Under the pieces are notes generated by a model, which made no database searches, was not told the origin of the DNA, and saw nothing but the letters and a program-made list of their open reading frames with translations. A stretch of DNA of 64,000 nt from an uncultured virus (IMG/VR IMGVR_UViG_3300040801_004110) (taxonomy: Duplodnaviria; Heunggongvirae; Uroviricota; Caudoviricetes), in the IMG/VR virus record IMGVR_UViG_3300040801_004110; one strand, given 5' to 3'. A program made the position numbers and the translations under genes. Shown here in pieces: positions 38,760 through 48,233 of this stretch (positions are counted from its first letter, which is position 1; each line of letters starts with the position of its first letter).

Positions 38760-38885
38760 AGGCTATATATTTATATTGGGGTTTAAACTTTTATTAAGAA
38801 AATTAATAAAAAAACACCAATTCCTTTGGTGGATAATATAGGAATTCTTATCTTTACCACATAGAAAACTAAAAAACTAAAAACT

Positions 38886-39122
38886 ATGTTATTTTCAGAA
38901 GCAAGAAACGAGAAAAACTTCCAAGATTCAAAAGCAGATTTTGAAGCTGAAAAATTAAGAAAGAGAAACGAGGATTTCATTAAATATTATCAGGGAGAAA
39001 TCGAAAGAGAAAAGAAACTAATTAAAGAATGCTTAGACCAAAACTTCTTTTCAATGGCAAAAAATAAGATTGAAAGTATTGAAGAAATGCAAGATAGAGT
39101 TAACTACCTAATGCAATCATAA
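38886..39122 (+). CDS. Hypothetical coiled-coil protein
   Basis: AAAAACTA leader repeats. Confidence 0.65.
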   Translation: MLFSEARNEKNFQDSKADFEAEKLRKRNEDFIKYYQGEIEREKKLIKECLDQNFFSMAKNKIESIEEMQDRVNYLMQS

Positions 39123-39133
39123 TTTTTCTAAAG

Positions 39134-39203
39134 ATATCCTAACACTATAAAGAGAAGAAACCTCATCAGAGAGCTTTATAATAGCACACCCGATGAGGTT
39201 TTT
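39134..39203. repeat. AACCTCA element copy 3 (core orientation B, inverted)
   Basis: Same left flank; 24-bp core is the reverse complement of that in copies 1 and 2. Confidence 0.8.
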
Positions 39204-39228
39204 GTTATAATTAAAATTGTAGATGCCT

Positions 39229-39519
39229 TTATTTGTTTATGTATTTGTTATAATATTCAGTGTTAATATAACTGACGTTTTTTGATTGAAAAAAACTCTC
39301 TGGAATTTCCCTACCAAGTGGAGCATATCCGAATTCATCCACATAGCTATAATCTAGTTCATAGTATGCTGTTTTAAAATCACCATGATGCTTAACATAT
39401 TTGATATTGTCACTAGTAAGAGGTTTTAATTCTTTCGGATCATCACCATATCTAATGTTAGCAATGATAATATCTTCTTGGATGCTGTCGAATAATCTGT
39501 AATCTTTTAAGTGTTTCAT
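39229..39519 (-). CDS. CTS-like leader protein
   Basis: MKHLKDYRLFDSIQE; TAATATATA at 39525-39533. Confidence 0.7.
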   Translation of the reverse strand: MKHLKDYRLFDSIQEDIIIANIRYGDDPKELKPLTSDNIKYVKHHGDFKTAYYELDYSYVDEFGYAPLGREIPESFFQSKNVSYINTEYYNKYINK

Positions 39520-39573
39520 ACACCTATATATTAATAAACCTTGTCAAATAATTATTAACTAGTTGAGGTTTAA

Positions 39574-39933
39574 TTAAGACCACTTTAAGGCTTCTTCTTT
39601 TATATAAACATTCCAAGGTTCAACTTTTTTAGAACTTAACTTATCATTCAAAATGTCAGCGATGAAAGATTCCACTATAGTAAGATGGTTTTCAAAAATA
39701 TCCATAATCGGATCATCATAATTATAAACGTAAAAGAATAAAAGATCAAAATGCCCAATGAGAAATAAAGGACCATTATCATTACTATAATAAGTATAAC
39801 CATCACCACTCTTATTCCTTTCTAAAGTATCTAAATGCTGTACAAACTTATGTATGACTAAATAATCATCCTCTAATGGCTTATCTAAAATCTCAGCTAG
39901 TTTAGCTTTCCTTTTATAATCTTTATAATTCAT
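39574..39933 (-). CDS. N-terminal RxxKL-tag protein
   Basis: MNYKDYKRKAKLAEILDKPLE. Confidence 0.8.
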   Translation of the reverse strand: MNYKDYKRKAKLAEILDKPLEDDYLVIHKFVQHLDTLERNKSGDGYTYYSNDNGPLFLIGHFDLLFFYVYNYDDPIMDIFENHLTIVESFIADILNDKLSSKKVEPWNVYIKEEALKWS

Positions 39934-40297
39934 ACATTTGTTTACTATAACTAATAGATACAAAAATATCATAATGATAACCTGTATCATTTATCAGTTC
40001 TTTATTTATCAGTTCGGTTAAAAAAACAACCATCTTATCGACATCTCGGAACAAATGTTTAGGAAGATTATGATCTAAAACTAAAGCACTAGATAGTTCT
40101 GTTTCAATAATAACTAAATCTTCATCAGTGTCATAAAAATAAACATCTGTTTCACAATATTCATCATAATGTTGATAATTCTTCTTCAAACCATATAAAT
40201 AATTAACATAATTATCTATAACCAAAAAATCACCCTCTAATGGTTTATCTAAAATCTCAGCTAGTTTAGCTTTCCTTTTATAGTCTTTATAATTCAT
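39923..40297 (-). CDS. N-terminal RxxKL-tag protein
   Basis: MNYKDYKRKAKLAEILDKPLEG. Confidence 0.8.
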   Translation of the reverse strand: MNYKDYKRKAKLAEILDKPLEGDFLVIDNYVNYLYGLKKNYQHYDEYCETDVYFYDTDEDLVIIETELSSALVLDHNLPKHLFRDVDKMVVFLTELINKELINDTGYHYDIFVSISYSKQMYEL

Positions 40298-40656
40298 AAA
40301 GTCTTTTTTAAAAAAACTGTACTGTGAATAATTTCACATTTTTTTTCATCTATTAATTCACTATTTATAAATTCAGTTAAGAACCCACTTACTTCATTCT
40401 TATTTCTAAATAAATAACTAGGTAAATTATGTTCCCAAACCTCAGCATAATAAGTTATGCATTTAATTATAACGAACTTATTATAGGGGTCAGTAAAAAT
40501 AATATCTACTCGATGGTCATAATCATAATGTCTATACTTCCTTTTTAAACTACTTAAATACTTAACATAATTATCTATAACCAAAAAATCACCCTCTAAT
40601 GGTTTATCTAAAACCTCAGCTAGTTTAACATGTCTTTTGTAATCTCTATATTTCAT
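40294..40656 (-). CDS. N-terminal RxxKL-tag protein
   Basis: MKYRDYKRHVKLAEVLDKPLEG. Confidence 0.8.
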   Translation of the reverse strand: MKYRDYKRHVKLAEVLDKPLEGDFLVIDNYVKYLSSLKRKYRHYDYDHRVDIIFTDPYNKFVIIKCITYYAEVWEHNLPSYLFRNKNEVSGFLTEFINSELIDEKKCEIIHSTVFLKKTL

Positions 40657-41069
40657 AAACTTTGGCTATAATAGAATTTACCAATAGATATCCTTTTCCC
40701 ATCCTTAAAATCTACCAATTCATTATTTATAAATTCAGTTAAAAAAGATTCTATCTCATCTTTATCTTTAAATAAGTAAGTGGGTAAATTATAATCTAAA
40801 ACTACAGCATTATGTAATGTTATCTCAATTATGACCAAATCATTATAATTGTCAGTAAAAGAAATATCCGTTCTAAAATTATTATGATGATCTTGTCTTT
40901 TTAATCCATGTAAATACCTTAAGTATTTATCAATAGCTAAATGATGATCTTGTCTTTTTAATCCATGTAAATACCTTAAGTATTTATCAATAGCTAAATA
41001 ATCATCCTCTAATGGCTCATCTAAAACCTCAGCTAGTTTAACTTTTCTTTTATAGTCTTTATAATTCAT
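40653..41069 (-). CDS. N-terminal RxxKL-tag protein
   Basis: MNYKDYKRKVKLAEVLD; exact 57-bp tandem duplication 40884-40997. Confidence 0.8.
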   Translation of the reverse strand: MNYKDYKRKVKLAEVLDEPLEDDYLAIDKYLRYLHGLKRQDHHLAIDKYLRYLHGLKRQDHHNNFRTDISFTDNYNDLVIIEITLHNAVVLDYNLPTYLFKDKDEIESFLTEFINNELVDFKDGKRISIGKFYYSQSL

Positions 41070-41076
41070 AGACTTG

Positions 41077-41274
41077 TTATTTCTTCGTATACCAGTTAGG
41101 TTTAACATATAATATCACAAGTGTTGATATAAATATAGAAAATATCCCACTTATAATAAATTGAGTAAATATGCTATAAGATGATTCGCTAACTAATGAT
41201 ATACAAAAAAAGAATAACCAAGCATAAAAAATATCCTTTTTACAAATCCATAAATATTTTAATATCTTTTTCAT
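41077..41274 (-). CDS. Small membrane protein
   Basis: Two hydrophobic segments. Confidence 0.6.
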   Translation of the reverse strand: MKKILKYLWICKKDIFYAWLFFFCISLVSESSYSIFTQFIISGIFSIFISTLVILYVKPNWYTKK

Positions 41275-41361
41275 ATGGCAAATATACAATTAATTTATAA
41301 ACTAGAAGTTTTAGCCTGTATGTTTTTAACTCAATTATATACAAACCCACCATAAACTAAA

Positions 41362-41392
41362 AAACCTCAACAAATTATATTCGTTGAGGTTT
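41362..41392. terminator. AAACCTCAAC/GTTGAGGTTT hairpin
   Basis: Short AACCTCA-family hairpin. Confidence 0.6.
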
Positions 41393-41429
41393 CATTAATT
41401 TTATAAAATATCTATTTTACTCAAATTAC

Positions 41430-42083
41430 TTATTCCACTACATAAAAGTCCATGTTAGTTTTCAAATCATCCTTATTTGAAACTTGATTCATTTTATTTT
41501 TTGTTAAAAACGATATAACATCACTTTTTTTAAAATTTGGATAATGATGTAACTTACCATCTTTAGTTTTAATTGTAACAGTACCTTTGTTTACTGATTC
41601 ATTCAAGTCATTACTTTTAATAGAATTTATTTTATCTATTAACTTTTTATTTTTTTCTTCTGGATACCATCCATCAAATGCAATTCTACCATCATCATAT
41701 ATGATAAATGAATCTGATGATCCATCACTAAATTCAATATATCCACTACTATCACTAGAAAATTCCACTTCAAAATCATCTGGTGTTGTATCATATTCTT
41801 CATCTGATATAACACGACCTAATTCTTCCTCAGTTCCATCCCTGTGCATAACCACTATATTAGAAATAGCTGAAAATCCTTTCTCACCATTATCCCATTG
41901 AACAGCAACATAATCTTCTCTATCTGGCTGAGAATATGTGCCATCAGTAGCATCTTTCCAATAGAACCAAGGTATAACAACACCAGTTCTTCTAATACCC
42001 ATATTTGTTTTAACTTTTGTTCCCAACGGAATCTCACTGTTTTCATTTGTATATTGTTCCCACAATTTAATATGTTTTGCCAT
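41430..42083 (-). CDS. CTS-like leader protein, multi-module
   Basis: MAKHIKLWEQYTNE; internal DLNES; TAATATATA upstream. Confidence 0.75.
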   Translation of the reverse strand: MAKHIKLWEQYTNENSEIPLGTKVKTNMGIRRTGVVIPWFYWKDATDGTYSQPDREDYVAVQWDNGEKGFSAISNIVVMHRDGTEEELGRVISDEEYDTTPDDFEVEFSSDSSGYIEFSDGSSDSFIIYDDGRIAFDGWYPEEKNKKLIDKINSIKSNDLNESVNKGTVTIKTKDGKLHHYPNFKKSDVISFLTKNKMNQVSNKDDLKTNMDFYVVE

Positions 42084-42173
42084 ATAATTTTTTTTATTTA
42101 TATATATTAAATCTAAAACATTAATAAAGTTTTGGTCTGGGCTTTTTTGACTTATAAATTTCTAATCAGATAA

Positions 42174-42443
42174 CTATATGAACTCAAAATCAACACCTTC
42201 TATGAACTTTCTATCTTCATCAATACTGTAATATGAAGTCCCACATCCATTTTCATTAAACATACCAACTCTATACTGATCAGGTGTTCTAGTGATTTGA
42301 CACACCTCATCACTTTCTATATTACAATCACTCATATACCCTGAGTCTATACCATCACCTGTATAATCATCATATATATCATCTAAACTTCTAAGTAATC
42401 TAATGTCATATGACTTGAAAATATCTATTTTTTTACTGTACAT
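42174..42443 (-). CDS. Hypothetical acidic protein
   Basis: TATATTTG upstream. Confidence 0.6.
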   Translation of the reverse strand: MYSKKIDIFKSYDIRLLRSLDDIYDDYTGDGIDSGYMSDCNIESDEVCQITRTPDQYRVGMFNENGCGTSYYSIDEDRKFIEGVDFEFI

Positions 42444-42629
42444 AATATAATTTTTAAAAATGAAAAACAAATATAACTATAAAATCAATACTAACCACCA
42501 CAAATACTTTTTTTCATGTCACTATAATATAATACATTAAGTGGATAGATAATAATTACTATTCCCCCACTATACAAAAGGATCACTTCCCTATTATAAA
42601 TAATTCACCCCCTTATATTATTTAATTTC

Positions 42630-42755
42630 ATATAAACCATTCTAAGCCACTATAAACTACTCAAACATATACTAACACTATAAATCATTAAAACCTCAAC
42701 ACAAAGCCTTTAAACACCACACCCGTCCATGCTATAATATAATGATGAGGTTAAA
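42630..42755. repeat. About 125-bp direct repeat (AACCTCA element copy 4, orientation B)
   Basis: Repeated at 43051-43175. Confidence 0.8.
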
Positions 42756-42775
42756 TAATAAACTGATGAGGTAAT

Positions 42776-43015
42776 TTATCCGTTTGTAAACGTTTATAAG
42801 CGGCTACAAACGGATAAAAACGGATATAAACGATTAAATTTTTTTAATCGGATAATCTATATCCAAACTTTTAGTCTGGGCTTTTTTGACTTATAATTTT
42901 ATAAACCACTGATAATCAATTATAATATTTTAAACGATTAAATTTTTTTAATCGGATAAGCGGCTACAAACGTTTACAAACGGATATAAACGATTAAACT
43001 TTTTTAATCGGATAA
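42776..43015. repeat. Iteron-like cluster
   Basis: Three CGATTAA-N6-TTAATCG palindromes, multiple AAACG units, two GCGGCTACAAACG. Confidence 0.85.
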
Positions 43016-43050
43016 ATATACTAAAAACCGATCCAAAATAACCTCAACCA

Positions 43051-43175
43051 ATATAAGCCATTCTAAGCAATTATAAACTACCTAAACATATAATAACACT
43101 ATAAACTAAAAAAAGACTCTATAAGAGCCTTTAAATACCACACCCGAAGATGCTATAATATAATGATGAGGTTAA
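43051..43175. repeat. About 125-bp direct repeat (copy 5, orientation B)
   Basis: Matches 42630-42755. Confidence 0.8.
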
Positions 43176-43176
43176 T

Positions 43177-43422
43177 CTATGAAGTCCATCCCAACCTCTC
43201 TAAATCACTCTCAATTAAATCTAAATTATAAATCTCCTCCATCTCATTAGTACTATAAGATAATAATCCTTCGGAAGTCTTAACAACCCATAACCTATTT
43301 GGTGTCCTACCCAAAATCACATCAAAAGTATCTGGTATCTTATATCCAATGATATTCTGCTCATCAGAACGAGTTATAATCTTCTTACTATTACTTTCGT
43401 TAAATTGTTTTATATGCTTCAT
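43177..43422 (-). CDS. CTS-like leader protein
   Basis: MKHIKQFNE; TATATATA upstream. Confidence 0.7.
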   Translation of the reverse strand: MKHIKQFNESNSKKIITRSDEQNIIGYKIPDTFDVILGRTPNRLWVVKTSEGLLSYSTNEMEEIYNLDLIESDLERLGWTS

Positions 43423-43510
43423 AACTTTAAACTATTTTCCAGTATATATAAAAAAAGAGGTTATAAAAATAACCCCCTGTCTAATATTGTTTTGCCTTGC
43501 CTATATAAAT

Positions 43511-43810
43511 CTAATCCCCTTGATTGGAACTAGAACGTGCAATCTCTTTATCTAAATATTCAGACTTAACTAATAACTCTGCCCCTACTAACTTCTTATG
43601 ATTATCATAAGTCTTAACAAATCCCAACTTTTCTAACTCATAAAGATTAGTCGCAGTCTTACCACTAACTCTAACTGTTTTCTTTCTAGTCCCATTTCGG
43701 TACGCCCAAAGAATAACACTGGTTAATAATTCTACCTGACTTCTAGTAAGATCTAAATCCTTTGTTACTTGTTTTGATAAAAGCTTAGCATCGTGAAGCG
43801 AATAATTCAT
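43511..43810 (-). CDS. Hypothetical protein (possible winged-helix)
   Basis: NLYELEKLGFV; promoter module shared with ~38220-38292. Confidence 0.6.
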   Translation of the reverse strand: MNYSLHDAKLLSKQVTKDLDLTRSQVELLTSVILWAYRNGTRKKTVRVSGKTATNLYELEKLGFVKTYDNHKKLVGAELLVKSEYLDKEIARSSSNQGD

Positions 43811-43889
43811 ATCTATTAGTTTTTAAGTTCAGCACAAATATAAAACAAATATCCACATAAACAATAGAAAAACCAAACTTTAACATTTA

Positions 43890-44310
43890 ATAATTTTTGG
43901 AATAGATTCGGAAGTTATTCGGAACGGATTCGGAATAGTTTAGGGAATTTGAGATGAGGTGGGATTAGTTTAGGGGATTTTAGATGAGATGAAATGAAAT
44001 GAGATGTTAATTAATTTAACATTTAATTGTTAAAGTTTTTGTAGTTTGTTTATGTATAAGTTTAATTTATGGTAGCGTAGGATTTAGTTTAGTTTGTTTA
44101 TACTTAGCAGCACGAAATTTAACAAAATATTAACTATCGTTAAATACAAATAGACATTTATCAAAAATATTCTAAAATCATAGGGGATTTTAGTAAGTTT
44201 TTAAGAATCCACCAAAATCTTACCAAAACCACCAAACTACCACTATACCATTAAAACTATAATTAATTACAAACTAACTCCAGTCATTTTAAACTACCTT
44301 ACTCTATTTA
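43890..44310. other. Low-complexity non-coding region with alternating G-rich and C-rich tracts; candidate origin
   Basis: TTCGGAA x3, GAGATG/AAATG repeats, then ACCA-rich tract; local gene-orientation switch. Confidence 0.45.
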
Positions 44311-44343
44311 AAAATCTATAAATAATAAAATTATATATACATT

Positions 44344-45045
44344 ATGAAACATATTATGAAGTATATAAAGTTATTTGAAGAATTAGATAGTGATAAAGTG
44401 GAAAGTGATATACAGCAATTAATTGACATTATTTCATTAGATCCAAATAAGTATAGTAAATATATTAATATTCTTAAAACGAAATATAATGTAGATTTTG
44501 ATGAAATATATAATGATGAAAAATATATAAATAATCCAAATTTAAATGATATAAAATCTAAAAATGATTTCCTTAATTTTGATAATTATATAAAATATGC
44601 AAAAAAAATTTTCAATAAAAGAAAAATATCTCAGCCAAATTATATTGATAGAATTATTAGTTATGATGATGTAAAAAAACTTGGTGATAAATTAGGTTTT
44701 AATGTTAATGTAAAAGAGTATATTGGTAGTGGTAATTATGCATCATTTGATTTGATTGATACTATCACAATACCATCAGAAGTTGATGTTAATACATTAA
44801 TACACGAGGTCGGTCATTTTTTTGATCATAATTATAGTAATGGTTATAATGGTTTAGCAAAAACAATAACACATGCATCATCATCATATTATATAGATAA
44901 AAGTAATGAGGTATTTGCTGAGAACTTTCTTCATTATTTTATTGCACCAGATATTTTAAAAACTAAACTACCTGTTGTTTACGAAGAATTAAATTCAAAA
45001 ATACCTAATAATTTTAAACTATTATTATCAAAACTATTAAACTAA
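44344..45045 (+). CDS. CTS-like leader protein, zincin metallopeptidase-like
   Basis: MKHIMKYIKLFEE; IHEVGHFFD and EVFAENF. Confidence 0.75.
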   Translation: MKHIMKYIKLFEELDSDKVESDIQQLIDIISLDPNKYSKYINILKTKYNVDFDEIYNDEKYINNPNLNDIKSKNDFLNFDNYIKYAKKIFNKRKISQPNYIDRIISYDDVKKLGDKLGFNVNVKEYIGSGNYASFDLIDTITIPSEVDVNTLIHEVGHFFDHNYSNGYNGLAKTITHASSSYYIDKSNEVFAENFLHYFIAPDILKTKLPVVYEELNSKIPNNFKLLLSKLLN

Positions 45046-45059
45046 TAAACTAATAAACT

Positions 45060-45686
45060 ATGAAGCATATAAAGTTATTTGAAGAATTAAATAATAAGAA
45101 AACAGTTAAAGAGATAGAATCTAATTATTCTTATTTTCATTTATCACAAACTTTATTAAATAATAATAGTAGTTTCACTTTTACTCCAAGAGTGCCTAGT
45201 GAAGTTTATGGTCATGAGATTTCTGTTATAGAGGATGATTTTACTAAGAGAGTATCTTTGGGCAAGACTATAGAAGATTGTCTTTATGCTTTACCTGAGG
45301 AAGAATATGCTACTTGGTATATTTATGGTATTAAGGATAGAGATATAGTTAGTAGGGATAGTATATTATCTGTTTCTGATATGTTTAAAAATTGTCCTAC
45401 TGGTTATGGTAAGGATTTTAGATTATTAGATTGGATCAATGATTTACCAGAGGGTGATAAGAAAGAGTTATCAGATGTAGATTTAGATGTTACTACTGGT
45501 GTAAGTGATTTGCCTGTTAAGTATAGGGATATGTTTTATGGTTGTGTTCCTGATGCTAAAGATAATGATGAGTATTGGTCTTTAGTTCCTATAACTATGG
45601 AATATTTAGGTTATATAAAACATGATTTGTATAATAAGGTTAATCTTTATGACACTAATTATTTAAGGGATGTTTTAGTAATGTGA
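45060..45686 (+). CDS. CTS-like leader protein, possibly ART-like
   Basis: MKHIKLFEE; YFHLS..FTPRVP..ED..RVS..CL. Confidence 0.65.
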   Translation: MKHIKLFEELNNKKTVKEIESNYSYFHLSQTLLNNNSSFTFTPRVPSEVYGHEISVIEDDFTKRVSLGKTIEDCLYALPEEEYATWYIYGIKDRDIVSRDSILSVSDMFKNCPTGYGKDFRLLDWINDLPEGDKKELSDVDLDVTTGVSDLPVKYRDMFYGCVPDAKDNDEYWSLVPITMEYLGYIKHDLYNKVNLYDTNYLRDVLVM

Positions 45687-45701
45687 TATTAGTTATATAA
45701 T

Positions 45702-45736
45702 AAAAAAACCTCAGCAAATAAATGTTGAGGTTTTTT
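45702..45736. terminator. Bidirectional terminator (AACCTCA family)
   Basis: AAAAAAACCTCAGCA...TGTTGAGGTTTTTT. Confidence 0.75.
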
Positions 45737-45763
45737 CTTTTTACTTTCGATTATTTTGAATAC

Positions 45764-45955
45764 CTATTGTGCAGCACTTGCACCCACAAAGATTACATTC
45801 ATCATAAAGAATACAATTGCAGATAACGCAGAAATCACCAATCCAGTGATTGCTAATGCTCTGTTGTTTCTTTGTTTCCCCATCCCAATGCCTGAAAATA
45901 TTAGACCTAGTACCCAAGGTATAAATCCAAATAAATTGAGGATAGGGATAAACAT
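45764..45955 (-). CDS. Small membrane protein (DUF4190-like)
   Basis: LGLIFSGIG...LAITGLVIS; start uncertain. Confidence 0.6.
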   Translation of the reverse strand: MFIPILNLFGFIPWVLGLIFSGIGMGKQRNNRALAITGLVISALSAIVFFMMNVIFVGASAAQ

Positions 45956-46066
45956 TAAAAGGATTATAAGAAAATAATTATAATGAGTATAATATTATTT
46001 ATTGTATATTTTATTGTATATTTGCATTATATAGAAACAGAAACAGAAATTAAAACATTTAGAGTT

Positions 46067-46414
46067 ATGATAGATATTATTTACATAGATTACACTTTAT
46101 CTAATTATTATCATACAGATTATTTTACTGTTCCTACACGTCTTGTATTTTACTATAAAGTGCATAATAGATATAAATATTTTAAGTTTGATTATATTTT
46201 TAAAAACAGATACTGGGAAAGTGGAATTAAACGTAAACCTTGGGATAATATTCATAAACTTACTATAACTAATATAAGTGATGGATGTTTTGAGACTATA
46301 GGTGATGAAAATTTTTTATATAAAACTTATGAAACATCACCATTTTATGACAATGTTATTTGTGATATTAGAAAGCATATACGGATAGAGAAGTTAAAAG
46401 ATTTAGATATATGA
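46067..46414 (+). CDS. C-terminal RxxKL-tag protein
   Basis: Ends IRIEKLKDLDI; TATATTTG at ~46017. Confidence 0.7.
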   Translation: MIDIIYIDYTLSNYYHTDYFTVPTRLVFYYKVHNRYKYFKFDYIFKNRYWESGIKRKPWDNIHKLTITNISDGCFETIGDENFLYKTYETSPFYDNVICDIRKHIRIEKLKDLDI

Positions 46415-46728
46415 ATGTGATTTTATTTTATAGAATGGATGAAGTATTATTGTATAATGGTTGTTATTTTAATATATTTGTTAATGATAATTCAATAGAG
46501 ATAACCGATATAAGCAGTGAATATTTTTTTGCAAAGCTTATGTATGATATGTCTTCTTTTGAAGATAAAATTGAATATTTTAAACAGGGAATTGATACAG
46601 TAGAAGTTGGTGAGAATGGCTATCAATTATGTCCTAGAAGTGGATATACTGATTTAACAAAGTCTATAATTATTAAGGCTAATAAAAAATTAAGAAATTT
46701 AAAAATAGATGAAATATTACGATTATAA
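46411..46728 (+). CDS. C-terminal RxxKL-tag protein
   Basis: Ends LRNLKIDEILRL. Confidence 0.75.
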   Translation: MNVILFYRMDEVLLYNGCYFNIFVNDNSIEITDISSEYFFAKLMYDMSSFEDKIEYFKQGIDTVEVGENGYQLCPRSGYTDLTKSIIIKANKKLRNLKIDEILRL

Positions 46729-47047
46729 GAATTTTATTAGATATACTAAGTTACATAACATATTAGGTGGTGGTGAGAATGATTTTTACAATTTACTTAT
46801 AAGAATAAGAAATGAGTGTAAAATAGAAATTTATAAAAAGTATCAGGAAGATGAATATGTTTTCACATATGATAAAGTTACAGTTCTAACTTATAAGAAA
46901 GACGATGATGGTAATATTTTTGATTTCATAGTCTCAAAAGGTTTTTATGATATGATAGGGCATCATTTAGATGATAATTATTATTATGACATTGATGCTT
47001 TTGTATGTGATTATTTCAAGTCATTTTTATATTACCTTAATAAATAA
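46709..47047 (+). CDS. N-terminal RxxKL-tag protein
   Basis: YKNFIRYTKLHNILG. Confidence 0.75.
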   Translation: MKYYDYKNFIRYTKLHNILGGGENDFYNLLIRIRNECKIEIYKKYQEDEYVFTYDKVTVLTYKKDDDGNIFDFIVSKGFYDMIGHHLDDNYYYDIDAFVCDYFKSFLYYLNK

Positions 47048-47055
47048 AAGAATCT

Positions 47056-47457
47056 ATGATACATAAAGATTTAATTAGAAAGCTAAAGCTAATAGAATTA
47101 TTAGGAAAGGATAATGGGGATGGTAAATTTAGTGAGTTATTTTCAGATCTTATAGATATAAGGAATAATGGAATTTTTTATCAAATGGCTTCTATAGATA
47201 ATAGAATAGAATATAATTATTATTTTTACTATAAGAAAGAGTTTCTATTTTCTTTTTATTTTCTTGATGATAATATTATAATAAGGGATTCCCATCGCAT
47301 AACATCTAAAATTCATGATCTTTATGATCTTTATAATCTTTATGATGGTGTTCATTATCTCGAGTTATATTATGATTTTGAGGTTTTCTGTAAATATTAT
47401 GTTAAGGAATATTTAATTAAGTCAAAGGAAAACATTATGAACAAATCAATTAAATAG
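47056..47457 (+). CDS. N-terminal RxxKL-tag protein
   Basis: HKDLIRKLKLIELLG. Confidence 0.75.
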   Translation: MIHKDLIRKLKLIELLGKDNGDGKFSELFSDLIDIRNNGIFYQMASIDNRIEYNYYFYYKKEFLFSFYFLDDNIIIRDSHRITSKIHDLYDLYNLYDGVHYLELYYDFEVFCKYYVKEYLIKSKENIMNKSIK

Positions 47458-47460
47458 GAT

Positions 47461-47850
47461 ATGATGACAGAAAAGGATATAAAAGATATAGTCAATGTTT
47501 CTTATATTGTGACTTATTTCAGTAAAGATAATAAAAAGGTAGAAGATTTATCATCTGGAAATGGATATGTTGATATATTAGTTTTGATTAAATTTCGGGA
47601 TGTGGGTAAAATATACAAAGGTGAATTTAGGATTTATTCTATTGCAGATTGGAATCTATCTTATTTTGATAAATGTGCATATACTTTGGATGATGTTGTT
47701 ATTTTTAAACCAGAGATAGAGTTAGATAATTTTATAGATAAGCATCGTTATATAACATGTACAAGCATTTCTAATGCTAAAAAATTTGAACAGGATTTAA
47801 GCTTAATTGTAAGAAATAATAAGTTAGATAAGATATTAAATCAGAATTAA
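47461..47850 (+). CDS. C-terminal RxxKL-tag protein
   Basis: Ends VRNNKLDKIL; paralog of 48227 and 50457. Confidence 0.75.
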   Translation: MMTEKDIKDIVNVSYIVTYFSKDNKKVEDLSSGNGYVDILVLIKFRDVGKIYKGEFRIYSIADWNLSYFDKCAYTLDDVVIFKPEIELDNFIDKHRYITCTSISNAKKFEQDLSLIVRNNKLDKILNQN

Positions 47851-47861
47851 ATAAGAATTAA

Positions 47862-48233
47862 ATGGAGGTAAAAGAAAAAACACCATCTTATGAAAAATTC
47901 ACTAGGTATGCTAAATTAAATAGTATATTAGGTGGTGGTGATAATGATTTTTATAATTTGCTTATTGATATTAAGGATAACTTAGTTCTTGAAGAAGATG
48001 AAGCAGATTCATGTTCTGGATATGTTTCTAAGTACATTTATAAAGGTGATTATATATTTAGTGTTAGAATTAAAGTTAGTGAAGAAAAATGTGCTTTTAG
48101 TTTCAATGGGTCGGCTTATTTTTATGATATGTTGAGGGAATCTTACGGAAAAGAATATCCTCGATATAAAAATTATAGCAGAATGAATTTAATAGTGGAG
48201 AAATACCTTAATAATTATTTAGATATATGGTAG
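47862..48233 (+). CDS. N-terminal RxxKL-tag protein
   Basis: YEKFTRYAKLNSILG; paralog of 46709. Confidence 0.75.
   Translation: MEVKEKTPSYEKFTRYAKLNSILGGGDNDFYNLLIDIKDNLVLEEDEADSCSGYVSKYIYKGDYIFSVRIKVSEEKCAFSFNGSAYFYDMLRESYGKEYPRYKNYSRMNLIVEKYLNNYLDIW

Noticed and set aside
34320..39203. Hammerhead ribozyme in TGATGA(G)-containing tracts
   Set aside because: No correctly ordered CUGAUGA, stem II and GAAA core could be assembled at 34.3 kb or in the 39.1 kb repeat.
13846..41289. Shared N-terminal 'MYIC' peptide in several ORF-track proteins
   Set aside because: It is the translation of the TA(T/C)ATTTG promoter element; true starts are downstream.
42630..43175. CRISPR array
   Set aside because: Repeats are irregularly spaced, the intervening sequence is itself repetitive, and there are no cas genes.
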